Positions 55,121 to 56,985 of a stretch of 56,985 nt of DNA are shown one piece after another (the stretch's first letter is position 1; each line of letters starts with the position of its first letter). Under the pieces are notes generated by a model. It did no database searches and was not told where the DNA came from. It worked only from the letters and a program-made list of their open reading frames with translations. Origin of the DNA: a virus (lineage: Duplodnaviria; Caudoviricetes); the IMG/VR virus record IMGVR_UViG_3300024334_000003, positions 1 to 56,985 of that record; one strand, written 5' to 3'. The position numbers and the translations under genes are program-made.

Positions 55121-56749
55121 ATGGCAGAAGGAACGAGATTTAAAACTGGTTTTCTCCCAGCACCAATTAGCTACACAGGCATCGGTGCTCAGATTGGAGA
55201 TAGAATAAGCCAAGGCATTCAGGGCATGTCTGATGAGTTTGAAAGAAGAAAAGCTCAGACCAACCAAACCATGGGCTTTACCGACGCGCTCGGTGAGGCT
55301 GTACCCGCTGGAATCACGTCAAAGTACAGGGAGGGTGCTCAGATTTTATTGACTAAGTATCAGAATGCTGCAACAAAAGCTTACAGAACTGGTGTTCAAT
55401 CAGACATTGACGAGTATCAGAGACTTCGTGGTGAGTTTATTGAGTTCAAGAACATTTCTACAGCTAAAAGCGCACTAGATAATCAAACTAGATTGTCAAT
55501 CGCACAAGGCCAATACAAGAACCTATCGGGTGGTATTGCAGAAAGCTTAGATAAATACAACGAATACTCTAAAGCCAACTACAGTTGGAACGAAGCGACT
55601 AGACAGCTTGAGGTCGTGATGGGCAATGGTCAAACAAACTGGAGAGAGTCTAACATCGCGGACATGAACGACGTTTTTGTTCCTTCTACCTTATGGAAGG
55701 GTACCGAATACATGACGGAAAACCTTGGTAACTCTGTATATGAAGACGTACTCAAGGCTCGTGAGGCGACCTATCAAAATCTTACAGACCTTGGGTTTGC
55801 AGACGGCACACTTAACAACGAGGCCATCTATGAAGACATTGACACGAACCTTCAATCTAAGTTTGCCGTAAGGGGTACTGAGATGATGGAGGCTATCGCT
55901 ATTACGGGCTACAAAAATTTACAGAAGCCCGGAGCTATAGAGCTTACGGAAGAAGATTTTGCTGAGGCTGGTGTTCTTTACAACGAGCAAGAAATTTTTG
56001 CTGAGCTACCCAGTGGTAAAAACATTGGTGATGGTAAACTCAACTCTAGTGGAGAGTGGGTATTTGATGTGTCTGATGAGGAGGTTAAAGAAGAGATGGG
56101 GAACATGGGTTCTGTATCTCGACAGTACATCGAAAGAAGAAAGGCTGTTAAGCTGTACATGGAGGAGGCCTCATCAAAGGCATTCAACCTTGTGCAGGTA
56201 AACAATCAGCTTGCTCAAGACCTTTCGGCAAGACGCTCTGAAGCTGCTGCCGCAGCAAGACTTAAGGCTTCTCAAGGGGATGACAAACCAGCAACAGACC
56301 TTATCCCTGTAGCAGACAGTGTTACAATCCCAGCCCACCTTAGTGAAGAGGGCGAGACAGTTCCAGAAAAGCCTAATCAAAGCGTCTATCGTGTTCCCGC
56401 AAGCGTCAAAGGCAGAGAATTTAAGTTTGCTGTAAGAGCGGGGGATGAAGAGGCGGCTCAAACAACACTCGTTAATAATGTTGTTTTCAGCCCTCAGGGT
56501 GAGCTCATAGGTTATGATATTGCTACTGGTCCGGGGCTTATTGAAGGTGTTACTCAAGACATTGAAGGCCTTGACCTAAGCACAGAAACTGTATATGCAT
56601 TCGACCCAAGGTTCGAGCTAATCAATAGTAAGTTTCGTTCTGTTGGCCAAGCGAAAGGCAGAAGAATCGGTAGGGAAATTCTAGAAGAGGCAGCTACAAA
56701 AGTGATACTACAGGAGTTCTTGTCTCAACAGGAGAAGGGTCAGGAATAA
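55121..56749 (+). CDS. Internal virion/ejection protein; start ATG 55121
   Basis: Helical, about 540 aa, in the ejection cluster. Confidence 0.65.
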   Translation: MAEGTRFKTGFLPAPISYTGIGAQIGDRISQGIQGMSDEFERRKAQTNQTMGFTDALGEAVPAGITSKYREGAQILLTKYQNAATKAYRTGVQSDIDEYQRLRGEFIEFKNISTAKSALDNQTRLSIAQGQYKNLSGGIAESLDKYNEYSKANYSWNEATRQLEVVMGNGQTNWRESNIADMNDVFVPSTLWKGTEYMTENLGNSVYEDVLKAREATYQNLTDLGFADGTLNNEAIYEDIDTNLQSKFAVRGTEMMEAIAITGYKNLQKPGAIELTEEDFAEAGVLYNEQEIFAELPSGKNIGDGKLNSSGEWVFDVSDEEVKEEMGNMGSVSRQYIERRKAVKLYMEEASSKAFNLVQVNNQLAQDLSARRSEAAAAARLKASQGDDKPATDLIPVADSVTIPAHLSEEGETVPEKPNQSVYRVPASVKGREFKFAVRAGDEEAAQTTLVNNVVFSPQGELIGYDIATGPGLIEGVTQDIEGLDLSTETVYAFDPRFELINSKFRSVGQAKGRRIGREILEEAATKVILQEFLSQQEKGQE

Positions 56750-56765
56750 TCCGTATTTTTGACGC

Positions 56766-56985
56766 ATGGATGAACAGTTAAAGGCACTGCTTACTGAAGC
56801 GCAGGCTAATGGTGCTTCTGAATCAGAACTTCTAGCGATTATTGCCCAGTACAATAGTCAAAAAAAAAAGAAGAAACTTCACAATCTCCCTTGGTTTCGG
56901 AGGTGGGTTCATTGGATTCAAGTTCACCTACATCTCTGGGTGGAGAACAAGACACTGCACTTTCGGATTTTCTTACGGCACCGAG
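56766..56985 (+). CDS. N-terminus of the giant protein, continuing at base 1
   Basis: TATTTTTG 4 nt before ATG; MDEQLKALLTEAQANGASESELLAIIAQYNSQKKK; in frame with 65..9799 only with A11. Confidence 0.8.
   Translation, partial: MDEQLKALLTEAQANGASESELLAIIAQYNSQKKKKKLHNLPWFRRWVHWIQVHLHLWVENKTLHFRIFLRHR
56828..56985. repeat. Terminal overlap, copy 2
   Basis: Matches 1-159 with one fewer A. Confidence 0.97.

Noticed and set aside
56828-56985. Biological direct terminal repeat
   Set aside because: It falls inside a coding sequence and looks like an assembly or read overlap; the plausible terminus is the non-coding region near 24.3-24.7 kb

Overview
This looks like an essentially complete, circularly closed genome (about 56.8 kb) of a lytic podovirus-type tailed phage infecting Bacteroidota, probably Flavobacteriales. 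Bases 1-159 recur at 56828-56985. The host call rests on many TAnnTTTG -7 promoter boxes, A-rich translation starts without Shine-Dalgarno sequences, a BT4734/VirE-N primase-helicase and a DUF5675 lysis gene. Two arms diverge from a structured non-coding region at 24.2-24.85 kb. The minus arm (24.2 to 10.9 kb) holds early cassettes including ArdC, then recombination/replication genes and tRNA-Arg(UCU). The plus arm (24.9 kb, through the junction, to 10.8 kb) holds an M43 protease, small basic proteins, SLT, tandem GroES, terminase, portal, tail fibres, scaffold, capsid, tail, ejection proteins, a ~3286-aa polyvalent protein and lysis genes. I recognised no DNA polymerase, RNA polymerase, sigma factor, integrase or methyltransferase. 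The most notable signals are: (1) nine copies of an ECF-like promoter, five with a TTAACA-N4-TTAACA-type box at a fixed offset; (2) a hairpin in the tRNA 5' leader whose loop is complementary to the leader shared by early mRNAs; (3) repeated KAQ motifs delimiting domains after a zincin protease in the giant virion protein; (4) an unannotated 43-aa peptide resembling the ribonucleotide reductase C-terminal redox tail; (5) probably leaderless late mRNAs. All product calls come from motif recognition by eye, without database searches.
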